A stretch of 64,000 nucleotides of DNA from Patellaria atrata CBS 101060 (lineage: Eukaryota): NCBI GenBank assembly GCA_010093705.1, contig MU006096.1:1324004-1388003 (forward strand), in the 5' to 3' direction. Both the position numbers and the translations under genes were made by a program. The notes under the pieces were generated by a model that was not told the origin of the DNA, made no database searches, and saw nothing but the letters and a program-made list of their open reading frames with translations. Each line of letters begins with the position of its first letter. Within the stretch, counting starts at the first letter, position 1. Shown here piece by piece: positions 10,701-22,070 of this stretch.

Positions 10701-11874
10701 TTTCCACAGGAAGGTATTTCCCTTCCCCGTACAAGTCTTCGGATCTGGGGAGAACATGTTTCTCCTTTCCATTCCGTGATTTCTTGTGTCCAAAGTCATT
10801 GATGAAATACTCCTTGTTGATCACGACAATCTTCTTGCAATCCTCACCTTTACACTTGGACTGAGGGGTTGGTTGGATGAAATGCGGGTAAGGTTTTGGA
10901 ATGCAATCAGTGTCCTCTGGGTATTCGCAAGGTCTTGTCGGCTCCGGGGTTGGGTGAGGCTTGGGGTAAGGCACAAAGGGTTTATGTGGATCTCCGTGCA
11001 CTGGAGGCCAGCAATGATCCTGCCCATGTGATTTACATGGGGTCATCTTGCAGTCTCCATCGTCAGCGTATTCGCATGGTCTGCCGTCGTCTACTGCCAT
11101 GCAGTTCTTGTCTTCCAACGACTCGCACGGCCGTAAGTGTCCATGTTCGTCATATCCATTTTCATTATATCCTGGATGGTAAGTTGGTGGCGATTGGGTT
11201 GGTTCGGGGTGGGTTGGTTCGCAAAGAGTAGTAGAAACCGGAGATGGGCAAACAACCGTGGAGACCGGTGGTGGACAAATTGTGGTAGGAACTGATGGAG
11301 GACAAACGGTCGAGCTCGCAGGGACACATACAGGTGTAGAAGTGATGCAAACAGGGGTGGATGTCGGGGTGACGCATACAGGTGTAGAAGTCGCGACAAC
11401 ACAAGTAGGAAGTGCAACGGAGGACGAGGACGAGGACGAGGACGAGGTCGAAGATGAAGTACTGGCAGGCACTCGAATGATCTCGACTATCACAACCTGC
11501 ACTCGGATGACCAGAACTTGAACTGCAAGGACTGTCTCTTGGGGACCTTGCACCGTCATGGTAGACATGGTTGCTCCCTGTGTAATGGTATTTGGTGGAA
11601 TATCTCCAGGATCATCTCCGACAACGGTCGTTGTCGAAGTAACCGTCTCAGTTGAGGTAACTGTCGAGACATTCGGGTCGACACCGATAGTGATGGTAAC
11701 ACTGGCGGCCTCTTCAAAGCATATTAGTACTGAGTTACTTTAAGGGGGGTTTCAAGGGGTGGGAGTTGAAAAGGTAAAATCAATGCTCGTGAAGAATTAC
11801 ATACGTGGTTGTGGCAAAGCCCATGATAATTGGCCGAGGCCAACCATCAACAAGGCGATTGCCTTGGTGTACAT
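7789..11874 (-). CDS. Large (about 1330 aa) secreted, probably GPI-anchored Pro/Thr/Glu/His/Cys-rich repeat cell-wall protein. Exons 11874-11805 and 11711-7789
   Basis: Exon 1 encodes signal peptide MYTKAIALLMVGLGQLSWALP. Intron GTATGT..CTAAT..AAG joins it in frame to the 1259-aa ORF. C-terminus SGAADVKFKTAALAVVLAAMFFVA fits a GPI signal. Confidence 0.85.
7960..8735 (-). repeat. Coding minisatellite: 24-bp PAPPVETH/PAPPVETQ units, nearly perfect at about 8541-8731, embedded in larger duplicated blocks
   Basis: Plus-strand unit caggaggagctggatgagtctcca repeated in tandem. Confidence 0.95.
9270..9440 (-). repeat. Coding tandem repeat, 51-bp unit PMPPAPETTPCEETTPA (about 3 copies)
   Basis: Repeated ctcctcacacggcgttgtttctgg units. 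Confidence 0.85.
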
Positions 11875-12869
11875 TGTGACTGAGGAAGCGAATGTGATAT
11901 GTGAAGCGAATGGAAAGGCCAAAGGAGAGAAGACCACCTGAAGCGTGAGAGGAGGAATCTCGAGGAATATAAAGAAAAGGGCACACAACACTAAGCATCT
12001 CATTAAGTTTGTACCATGGATAGATATGCCCATTCATTGCTTCATTTGACAATCCTCTTGCAGTCCTCCTGAATAGGGCTAGCTGTTGAATGAAGATATT
12101 GTTGAGATAGTCGATTTCAGTGGTTACATCTGCGCAACCACTTGATAGAATAGATCAAAACATCTTGAAATGTTTACCCCTGAATTTCAATTTTTTTTAA
12201 ATCTTTTCTTTTTTTTTTTTACCCCAGTGGATGGGGCTTGCCCCTGTGTCTACCAGAATACTCATCTTGTGAACAGATGGTATCCACAGTTGGGACTTAT
12301 ATGCAATGGCTTCAGATAATGTTGGAGGAAAACGAATTATATGCTATGGAGCTCGATTGAGTAGCAAGGGTAGGACTTCATATTTCCATAGCAGCAGTGA
12401 CGAAAGTAACCTTTCTTTGACAATGAATATCCACCGAAAACTTTAGCCGCATCATGCTCGTTTAGGTTCCAGTGTCTTGAAGATTCGCGTTGAAAAAGGT
12501 AGTGCAGTTCGGTCAACGATTTATTAGGATTTTCGGTACCGATCAGTTTACTCCATTGACATCATGACTTCTTCATCTGCATTTATGTAACTATACATTT
12601 GGCTTTATCTTGAATTCAAGGAATAGAAAATGATGTTGATCAATGTTGAACCGTGTAAAATTATGACTGCTCAGCACACGAATAATAACAAAGGTGTTAT
12701 ATAACACTTGGAACTAGTACTGCACTTAATGGATTTTGAAAGTGAAAGAAAGGGATAAGACTATGGTTAATATTCGGATGGTCTTTGATATACCAGATGT
12801 AAAGAACTTCCCCCCTATAATAAGAGAATAAGAGAATAAGAGATCAAATTCTGTTCCTATTGTTAGGAT

Positions 12870-13795
12870 TGGCTACCTCCCCCAACCACATCGGATGATA
12901 GATCAGTGGAACGGAGCGTTACAGAGTCTGATGTGGACCTCGAATCGAGAACGCATACTACCGCTGTACAAGCCTTCAGGATGTTGCAGCTGGAGAGTTG
13001 AGAATGATACCCACTCTCCACAATTTTCGGCTAAGACGGAGATTCGTGCGAACCCATCTCCTCTTCTTTAGGTTTCTCGAGGTGATGATTTTAAAGGTTG
13101 ATGTGAGAGGATACAATAGAATGCTGAGGACGCAGTATGATCCCGAACCGGCCATTGCTACCGATGCATATGCATCCCCTTTTAAGTTTGCGGTCTACCT
13201 CCACCACGTACCTCCACAATAACCTCCAGTTTTCGCGTTCATAGCCTTGGGCGAATGATGGACTGTTCCCGTGCTCATCTTCAGTAGTAAGACAGGTATA
13301 GTTCTTCAAACACTCTCCAGTATCGCCTATGCGTCTAATCTTTCTTCTGGACTGTATTCGAGCGTGCGATATCGGTATCGGAGAAGGGTTCGTCCCTCTG
13401 TGGATCCTCATAAGCGATATCCCTGATGGCCTTATAGATGATTATAGGAGACGATTCATCCTAGTGTCCCATTTGTAATCCATTGAGCTCTTGTTCTCCG
13501 GATTTACAGCTTCCTCGAAGGTTCTCTCTCGACTTGTGGACCGTGGAGCTAAAAAAAAAAAAAAAATCACGTTGAAGAGTCAATATTGACATCGTATGAT
13601 TAGGAAAGGGCCCGTCCGGAGCTCATCCGTGAATGAAGCCTTTATTCTGAAGTCATTTGAGGTGTCTATAGATATGGTGTGCAACATTCTGATCAAAATG
13701 AAGGTGGATGGAAGTTTGTAGTCAGAGAAATTTCACAATGTTCCTTCCTGCAGATCCGCCCAGGGTCTCACAACGCCAGACATGATGTCATCCAT
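12870..13795 (-). pseudogene. Possible degraded orphan gene relic
   Basis: Protein-like fragments in changing frames (MDDIMSGVVRPWADLQEGTL*; AIRDIAYEDPQRDEPFSDTDIARS..RYWRVFEELYLSYY*) with many stops; family not recognised. Confidence 0.2.
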
Positions 13796-13967
13796 ATATC
13801 AGTTTTCACTTCATTTCATCAGAATTAGGGGTCAATAGTAAGATTTATTTAATGTCAATTGTCATTTGGCATCTATAACCGCTACATGTGTCCCCAAACC
13901 GGCCGCCCAGCATCTAGTCCCAAAAAGTCCTTCTTAGGTATAACTGCAACCCGAATATCTAAACAAT

Positions 13968-14464
13968 CTAAGCCTCCTTCGCGGTGTAGTTTGCTGAGAT
14001 GGCCGCCTCGAGAGCCTTGGGGTTTGCGCCAACAATCTCTTCAACCTTCTCTCCATTCTTGAAGAGAAGGAAGGTGGGCATAGCGCGGATGCCCAGCTCC
14101 TGAGCAACGTCGGGGAGCTCGTCGACATCGATCTTTAGGAATTGTGCGTCGGGGTACTTATCAGCAAGCCTAGATTGAACTTTGTATTAGTATTTCTGGC
14201 CGAATTTCAAGAGCAGGATGCGGGGAAAACATACTTGACGAACTGAGGAGCGATGACCTTGCAAGGACCGCACCATGTTGCGAAGCAGTCAAGAACAACG
14301 AGGTTGTCTTTCTCGCCCAACGCAGTGTCGAACTCCTTCTTGCTATAGTGGGGAAAATGTGTTAGTAATGATTCTTATGTATTTGCCGCCGCAACAGACG
14401 ATTCTCGGGAGGGATTCGGAAAGGGGTAAACTTACTTGACGAGGTTGTGAACACCCTTGCCCAT
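13968..14464 (-). CDS. TRX1: Cytosolic thioredoxin. Exons 14464-14436, 14342-14235, 14169-13968
   Basis: Spliced product [112 protein letters not shown], with WCGPC active site. Confidence 0.97.
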
Positions 14465-14607
14465 TTTTGCGGTGATTGAAAAGTTCTTTGGAGTAAATAT
14501 AGGTTTGTTGTAGAGTTGCGTAGGAGTTGAAAGTGCTGGCGATTGAGTGGTTGTGAGTAAAGTTCTTCTTAGAGCGGAAAATGCGGACATGAAAGGAACT
14601 GAAGGGC

Positions 14608-14609
<2 letters not shown>

Positions 14610-14644
<35 letters not shown>
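14610..14644. repeat. (TA)n microsatellite in the thioredoxin promoter
   Basis: About 17 TA units, roughly 150 bp upstream of the ATG. Confidence 0.9.
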
Positions 14645-14649
<5 letters not shown>

Positions 14650-16183
14650 GGAACGGACGAGAAAGAGGGACAGGGCGCAAATGATGCGAGATGGATTATC
14701 AATGTTGGAAAGTGCTGGCGTATTCTTGATGGGTAAAGGTATGGAAGGTTGCTCTGATGACTTTGTCCGCCTCGGACAAAACCTTGGGAGAAGGAAGGGT
14801 GGAAGGTTGTGGAGGGGTACAGAGCGGAGATGGCGCAATAGCGATAGACGACGCGGTGAGATTTACGGGGGAGAAAGGAGCTATGGGATTACGAAGATGT
14901 ACTCACTTTGGAACGTTCGGACTTTTGTGAATTTGTCAAAGAGGATTTTGCTTGACAAAAGAGGATGGTGGTCTTTGAAGGAAATGGTGTAGAAGGTAAG
15001 TTAAAAGAGGTTATGTAGAGGGGTGTGGTGGGTGGTGGAACGGGCAAGTTCTGATGAGCGGGCAGCTTTGATTACTCAGTTCCAGTTCCATCCAAACCTA
15101 AATGTTCGTCATATGCCGTGCAAGCTATAGGCTTAGAGGGGGGCATTTTGGGGGCTAATAGTAAAGAAAAGCTTGCCCACAGCCTGACCGCCCGGGTCTG
15201 GATTGCTTTGATTTATCAGGCATCAAATAGACAAGCCCTTAACGCCTTAAACTGCTTTCGCAGCCCTTGCTGGCTCTCCACCATCCACCCTTATTGGACG
15301 TTCGCTGTTTACAGTTACGCTTTTTGGATACTGTCTAACTAAGATATGTCTAAATCCTAGGCCGATTACTATTGCGAATATATTCCAAATTCATCTTCGT
15401 CTCATTTCAGCGATATAGGTCCAACATCTTCTCTGTGTATCGTGGGAAGTATTGTACAGGTGCAATCCTAGCTATTCTGCTCATAAAGCCTCACTGTCAT
15501 TCTCCAAGTTACTCGAATCAAAAGGTTGCAACACGAAGAAGGGACTATGATTGGGTTGGAAACATGAAAGTTAATTTAAATGTATTTCTTCTGCGGGAAC
15601 AACGCAGAGTTTCTGGTGATGCTAGTCCACCCATCCTCCAACAAAACCGGGTTGGCGGACCTTCCAATATATCACCGATACCATGCCCAGATCCGTCTAT
15701 AGCATCCCTATAAAGCATCAAGCTCGTGGAAAAAAAGAATCGAACCGGTACCAAGACCAGATTGTGTACACAAGAAATAGAAGTAACAGTGGAAAATAAG
15801 CGCCTCCCGACCATCCGATTAACCAAATATGTCCCGTACGCAAATTGAACATCAACGCCAGAAGCCAGTAACCCAACCTCATCAGCAGAGCCAAGAAATT
15901 AAGAAGACAATGGGAGTAGCGCAAACTTACAAAGACACAACAACACGATCGTCAGGCTGATATCGACAGATAACAGACCAGCAACTAGGTAAAGGAGAGC
16001 GGGTGTTGAAACAATAAGGAAAGGTTTTAAAGAGCGTGGGTGACAATACAGGAAGGAAATTGGAAACGAGCGTGATGATACAAAGGAAATTGGAAAACGA
16101 GTGTTGTGTCTGACGAAAGGTTGCGTACTTTTGAAAATCATGCATTTACCAAACATTGTTTCTTAACCCCAGAAGCGCGAATT

Positions 16184-18877
16184 TCAAGGCTGGGACGTCT
16201 GAGAGGTCCTACTCGGCCTTCTGCTTTGATTAGGAGAATTACGCTTCGATTTTGGTATGTCGAGGAGCTTCGCGCTACCCGCACTAAGCTGGCGAGAATG
16301 TCTCTTTCCAAGATCGATACTCTGTGCGCGTTCGATCCGCCAACCAGGTTCCGGAGATGGCATGTCATCCGTCGGTGAGTCTTTATCCGTGGAACCGCCA
16401 ATAGGAGATGATTCGGGAGACTCATCGCCAGGGTGAAACTCGTTCAGGAGGCCTTCTCGAGACTTTACCCTAGCATTATGGCGAACCACTGTAGGTTGGC
16501 GAGCAACTGTCGAATGGATAATCTCATCAGCAGCGGAGGTTTCAGTAGGACTGTTGCGCGGTTCTTCTTCGCCCTCGGAGTCCGGATCTCGCATAGATGC
16601 TATAGCAGTGCTGCTCGCCTTTCGAGCAATACCGGACTGAGTGGATTTCCGATGGTCGTCGGGCTGAGGTGTCAACCGACGGAAATATTCATCATCAGGA
16701 ATTCCCAGTTCCTCATAAGAAGCGTTGAACTCCTCGGCATGCCGTGAAACCTGCCCAGACCCTGCACTTTGCCTGTGAGCTGCGGCTGGTGATCGTTTCA
16801 CAGGCTTGCCGGACAACCATGAACCTTCGGAATCTATCGAGGCGAGAGATTGGGACATGAGTGCAGACGCTCGGCCATTGGGACTGACGGGAGAGTCAGT
16901 ACGAGCATTCTGCGTAGTATCCTCAAGTGAACCGTTCCTTGCAGGTGAGCCATGACCGGTCTTTATGTTTGCGGGCTGCTGGTACCCTCTACGGGCGGCG
17001 ATTGCTTTCGCTCCAGATGATGTCGCTTCAGGAGACTGAACTCGGGAATCTGGCGGTGACAAAGGAAGTTCCGGTAAATCTTCCCTGAATATTGACCGTG
17101 TCCGCATTGGCGTACCAGACGCCCTTCGAATAGCCTGTTGCTGCAGGAATGCTGGAGGAGGCTGACGGGACATGGATTCTCTTGATGTATTTGAGAATGA
17201 CACTTCAGAAGGTGTAGTACGACCATGGTCGAGCGACACTTTCTTGTTGGTACCCCTTCGGAAGAAGGAAGTCCATCCGCTATGACGACGTGAACTAGCT
17301 TCCGACGCTCGTCTAATCGTCGTCGAGTCAGCCGTGCGTGTAGTGGTCGCTTCGGAAACACGACGAGGAGTTTCAGATCGCCGCCTCTCTATGTCGAGGG
17401 TATGTGAGGACTCCGGTGGTGGAGTGGGAGCAGGGCGGACAGCTCCCGTAACGGTTGGAGGTGCTATTCGGGACAACTCAGCAACTTGTGAGATGTTTGA
17501 TGGACCTCTTGTATGTTGTGTCGGCGATGATGGTGGTGACATATTAGGTTGAGAGTATCTCACAGCTTGTGCGGTCGCGAGTACAGGTTCCTCGAAAGGT
17601 GATTCGAGCGGTAGTGGTGTTGGGAGTTCTGATTGAGGTGTTTGAGGCGGTTGAGGCGGATCCGTGAATGGATTGGTAAGTGTTTGCACTTGTGTCTCAA
17701 CACTGTCGATGACCATTTTATCCTCTGGAGGGGTAGACGGCCTATCCTCAATTCCTAGACCAACTGTTTTCTGCTGCTGTTCCTTCGCAAGACGTTTCTG
17801 TTCTCTGCGCAATTCCTTCAGTCTCAACTTCTCAGCCCTCCTTTCTAACTTCAGCCGTAGCTTTTCATCATCTAATCTTCCTTTCTTCTCTTTTCTGCGT
17901 TTATCTCGTTCCAATGCTTCTCTAAGAGCTCCTGCGTCCAGAGTGTCCGCTAGATCATCCACCCTTTTCGACTTCTTAAGCGCGTCATTGTCAAGAATCG
18001 GTGTTCTGGCGCGCCTGGATCCGGTACGAGGTGGTGTATTATGGAGAGACGGTTGATGATGGTGTTCCCCGCTGGAATATGAAGCTCCGTAAGACAGTCG
18101 AATTGTAGGTCGTGGAGAGAAAACATCTAAAGCACTAATTCGAAAGGCGCGGGGTTCCGAACCGCTGGACATGGACGAGTGAACGGATTCTTCGAGTTGC
18201 GGGAGCTGTATTTCCGATGTTGAATGTCTATTCGCTCCACTACGCATTTTCTTACTCTCCCTTCTGAAAAGACCGCCAGAATATGTGGCTGGCCGTTTCA
18301 TACGGACCGGCCCACTCATAGCACGGATTTCCTCCTCTCGTGCATGATCATCTTTTCTCTTTTTGCTGGATTGTCTTCGTGGTAGTCCCGAGTCGCGCGT
18401 GCTTCTTTTGCTGCGTAGAGTTGCCGGTCGTTGCAACTTGCCACGCTCTCTTGCCGTTGGTATACTGGAATCCGATCCGGAATTTTGACGGTAATTGTAT
18501 GGGGTGTTACTAGTTTGTTCTTTGGAGACGCTCCGTAGGTGAGGACCTGTTCCAACCTCTTTGTGGTTCGGAAGAGCGGCGACATTATCTTTGCTGCCCA
18601 ACATCAGAGGTTGCTTTTCCTTCTCTGACATATTGGTATCGATCGGAGAGAAGTCCGACGAATCGCGTGGCCCGATATCCTTTTTCATCGATGATCTCCT
18701 CTTTCTCTTGCTATCTCTTCGACTGGGTCGTCGCCCCAATCGTTGTGAGTCAGGCATGGTGGAGGCGCGTTGGTCTACGGACAATGACAGAGGCTTTTTT
18801 CCTTCGAGAACAGACTCGGGATCGACTCTGCTACGATTGCCACCATGCTTGCTGCGACCGAAAGGCCACATCGGCAT
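16184..18877 (-). CDS. 897-aa largely disordered Ser/Arg/Pro-rich hypothetical protein with a central coiled coil
   Basis: Long uninterrupted ORF with a basic N-terminus and a charged helix LADTLDAGALREALERDKRRKEKK..; function not recognised. Confidence 0.85.
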   Translation of the reverse strand: MPMWPFGRSKHGGNRSRVDPESVLEGKKPLSLSVDQRASTMPDSQRLGRRPSRRDSKRKRRSSMKKDIGPRDSSDFSPIDTNMSEKEKQPLMLGSKDNVAALPNHKEVGTGPHLRSVSKEQTSNTPYNYRQNSGSDSSIPTARERGKLQRPATLRSKRSTRDSGLPRRQSSKKRKDDHAREEEIRAMSGPVRMKRPATYSGGLFRRESKKMRSGANRHSTSEIQLPQLEESVHSSMSSGSEPRAFRISALDVFSPRPTIRLSYGASYSSGEHHHQPSLHNTPPRTGSRRARTPILDNDALKKSKRVDDLADTLDAGALREALERDKRRKEKKGRLDDEKLRLKLERRAEKLRLKELRREQKRLAKEQQQKTVGLGIEDRPSTPPEDKMVIDSVETQVQTLTNPFTDPPQPPQTPQSELPTPLPLESPFEEPVLATAQAVRYSQPNMSPPSSPTQHTRGPSNISQVAELSRIAPPTVTGAVRPAPTPPPESSHTLDIERRRSETPRRVSEATTTRTADSTTIRRASEASSRRHSGWTSFFRRGTNKKVSLDHGRTTPSEVSFSNTSRESMSRQPPPAFLQQQAIRRASGTPMRTRSIFREDLPELPLSPPDSRVQSPEATSSGAKAIAARRGYQQPANIKTGHGSPARNGSLEDTTQNARTDSPVSPNGRASALMSQSLASIDSEGSWLSGKPVKRSPAAAHRQSAGSGQVSRHAEEFNASYEELGIPDDEYFRRLTPQPDDHRKSTQSGIARKASSTAIASMRDPDSEGEEEPRNSPTETSAADEIIHSTVARQPTVVRHNARVKSREGLLNEFHPGDESPESSPIGGSTDKDSPTDDMPSPEPGWRIERAQSIDLGKRHSRQLSAGSAKLLDIPKSKRNSPNQSRRPSRTSQTSQP

Positions 18878-20869
18878 CGTGGTAAGAATGCCCGATTACT
18901 ACCGCCAACAATTTCTACGTTGCGGGGGGTTTGTGGAGTGATGCAGCATGGACACGGCAGGTGCGATGACGCGCAATTGAGGTGTCGTGTGGTGGAAAGG
19001 GACGAAAGTGGTGTAGAGCGGTCGTGCAAATGTCGAAAATCCGTAGCACTCGTGTGAAATGGGCTTGTCCCTAGTATATCTTCATGACTGTTGCGCCTTG
19101 TCTTCAATAAGCTGGGCTTGACGAGTGGTTCGAAAGAGGCGCGGAGAAAGTTTTGTAACGTCTGTTGGTGCGAAGCCACCCTTCCCGGGAGTATCCGTCT
19201 GATGCAGCGGAGAGGTGTCAATAGTCGATATGTTCGATGAATGGTGAAGAGAGGATGTCGTGAAAGGAGACTAAAGAATATGGCCACTGCAGAGAGATGG
19301 AGTCTGTGGAGAATTGTGGGAGTGTGGGTGTTGTGTGTGAGGATGTGTTGGAAGTCTTCGTTGTCGCACTCAGGTAAGGAACGGTGGAAAGGGCTATGCA
19401 AGGGCGGGGCGGGATTGGCTGGGATGGAAGGAGCGACTGGCTACCTTTTTGGGGCTCCTTTTCGCCTTCCTTGGGGGGGACACAACGGCTACCTGTTATA
19501 GATTTTGCGGGTAGGAAGACAGAAAAGCAGATGCTGTCATAAGGACAAGGACTTATTTTATTCTGGGCCTTCTCTTTTTCCTCTTTTCTCTATTCTCTCT
19601 AAAATGAACGCGGGCCTGCCTTGCTTTTTGCTTCTTTTTAGGATTAACCCCATACACCCACGAGGAAAAAGATCGGTATACCTTGTAACTCTTGGACAAG
19701 CCGTCGTCTGTGGCTGGCATAAGGGCCGATCCAATGCAATCCAACCTAATAATGCAATCCATCAACCGCGGATGTATTGAAGACAAGCCTAGTACCAGGA
19801 ACTATGATCATCAACATTTGTTCTTTCAAACCGTGCCATGTACTGCATCTACAGTATGCTATTCTTAATTTATTATCATTGTCTTGTACAGCGCGGCGTG
19901 GAGCTGAGAGTTGGGGTGCAGATGCGCTCTTCGATAAGATACTGCACAACCCAACGGGCGGGAAATGGTCTGGTAAGGCCGGGGCGGCAGAGGTCTGTGA
20001 GTGTTCTGAGCGCGACGGAGCAACGGTTTGAGGGGGACAACTGGGGAGACAACGGGCACAGATGGCCTGGCCGCTGGGAACGCCACCTCGAATCCCGCTC
20101 GGATTTCCCGTCTCTGATCGGTTCTGTATTCTGTAACGCGCTACGGGAGATGGCAAAAGCCAGTGAAAAGGCATCGAGATTCATCAAATATTCATATGGT
20201 CTCTATCACTATAGCTGTCCGAATCAGGCACGCAAAATAGGAAGACGTGTCAAATCGGTCCAGCACGTCCAGGCAGGCAGTGAGTAACAGTGCAGAATAG
20301 GTACATCTGTCGTTCAAGCACCGTCTAGATGTCTGCGCATTTCAGTACCACGGATTACTGGTTGGATTCCTACAGCTGACCTTATTCTGGCTTCTTGCGC
20401 ACCCTCTAGAGCTATCAGCCAACATTAGCACCCCTCCACTCCCCTCACAAAACACCACTGCTCTCCTCGGTTTCGATCACGAGCTCTATGAAAGTAAACA
20501 GATGGCGCAAAAAAGGGCCAAAGTTAGAATGACAGCACAATTTACTGGTAATACGAGTACGAATCAATGGACAGGCCTACTTCTTCCAAGTCTCGCCTGT
20601 TCATGCCTCTCCGCTTGGTCATCTGCTCTTGCTGATCTTCCCATCATCAACCACTAACTGGTCCCGCCTCTCCATAACTCTTCACGCTGCTCTGTGGCTG
20701 AAAAGAATATTCCCCCCGGATGGATGTACATCAACATTCCCCGAAATGGAGGACACTTCTGGTGAAAGTTGGACTTTGACGTCGCAGATTTGCCTCTGAC
20801 CTGCAATACCCTTCACGCCAATCAGACAGCAGAAGACGTCAATTCTACAAAGCCGAAACATGGCACATA

Positions 20870-21720
20870 TCTCTCCATCTTACAATCATAACATCATCAA
20901 TCTCTCTTCCTCTCAATCATACATCATCATCGAAATGTGATCTCACAAGTCGAAACAGAGGGCTTTCTCATCACAAAACTCACCACCGTAAGCAATTAAA
21001 AGAGCACATTTCACCCAAGGGCACTCCCTTTTACGGCTAACATTGCTCGAACCACCCAAACACCTTTCATGCACTCTATCAACGGTTTTGCGACCTGGCC
21101 GCACTTGATACGGCAGTTTCTAATATAACTTCATCTGCAACTCAACAGCGGTAAGGAGAAGAACCAACTCCCCAATCGAGCCACCGCGCTTCGCAAAGTG
21201 CATGCAGATCTTCGCAACAAACGGTCTTCACCATGCAGCACACGTGCATCTGACAGATTATTGACTGACTGCATCTCCTGCCGCACGACGTGGCAATATC
21301 CTGCGGAGAGAACTTCTCAAGAGAAGATGGTGAACGACAAACCCTCTTTTTTTTTTTTCTCCATCACGTGGTTTTCTTTTTCTCTTTTTATTTTTTTCTT
21401 TTTTTTCCTTCTCTTGCACATCGGGCCATTTTCTTATTTCTGTTCATTTCTAGTCGATTCGTTATTCTTAGCCAACACGGGGCACTCGGCAGAATCGCAT
21501 ACTGTGTGTAGTGTGCGAATAGGCTCTTCTTTGTCACGTGCAAGGCATCCCGATGTTGTCGTCTGATATCTCCTTCTTCACAGTAACCTCCTTATCACCT
21601 CTATCCTACAGTATAGACCACAAGACAACGGGAGGAATAGATCATCGTTAGATGGAATAAGTAGCAACAGTAGTGCTGTTACTGAGGAGATGGTATCAGT
21701 AAACTCATAGCGATATAAAT
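20870..21720 (+). ncRNA. Candidate spliced non-coding or micro-ORF transcript, possibly a snoRNA host
   Basis: Donors GTAAGC (20988) and GTAAGG (21151), branch/acceptor sets, several hairpins and no substantial spliced ORF; see findings. Confidence 0.35.
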
Positions 21721-22070
21721 CCAAAAAAAAAACATCCAAAAAAAAACATGAAAAAAACAAACAAAAAAAAAAAACCCTTCCAACGTGATTTCGATATCAT
21801 AACAGAGAGATAATACCGGACACTGAGGTTGGCATACACCATAGCGCCTCCTTCCAACCAGAAGACCGATTCATGGTCCCAGATGAGGTACGCAGAGTCA
21901 TCCTGTTCTACAGTACCACTTCCATCCAAGCCAATACAATCCAATCCGATCCAATCCCAAGCACATTAATCATGGCAAACACCTCTCCGTGCACACGCAG
22001 ATACCAAGACACGTAAAATCCAAACCCATATCTGGACCCCCCTTTCCCCCATCTTTCCCCAACGCTCCCC

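Noticed and set aside
13585..13655. Possible box C/D snoRNA (TGAC..ATGATT..CTGA..GTCA)
   Set aside because: Poor box C, no rRNA complementarity recognised, and it overlaps a putative minus-strand gene relic.
16045..16105. Short tandem duplication of aggaaattggaaacgag
   Set aside because: Two-copy 3'UTR duplication with no further structure.
19400..21720. Telomerase RNA hypothesis for the long branch-to-AG spacing
   Set aside because: No TAACCCTAA-type template found on either strand in this interval.
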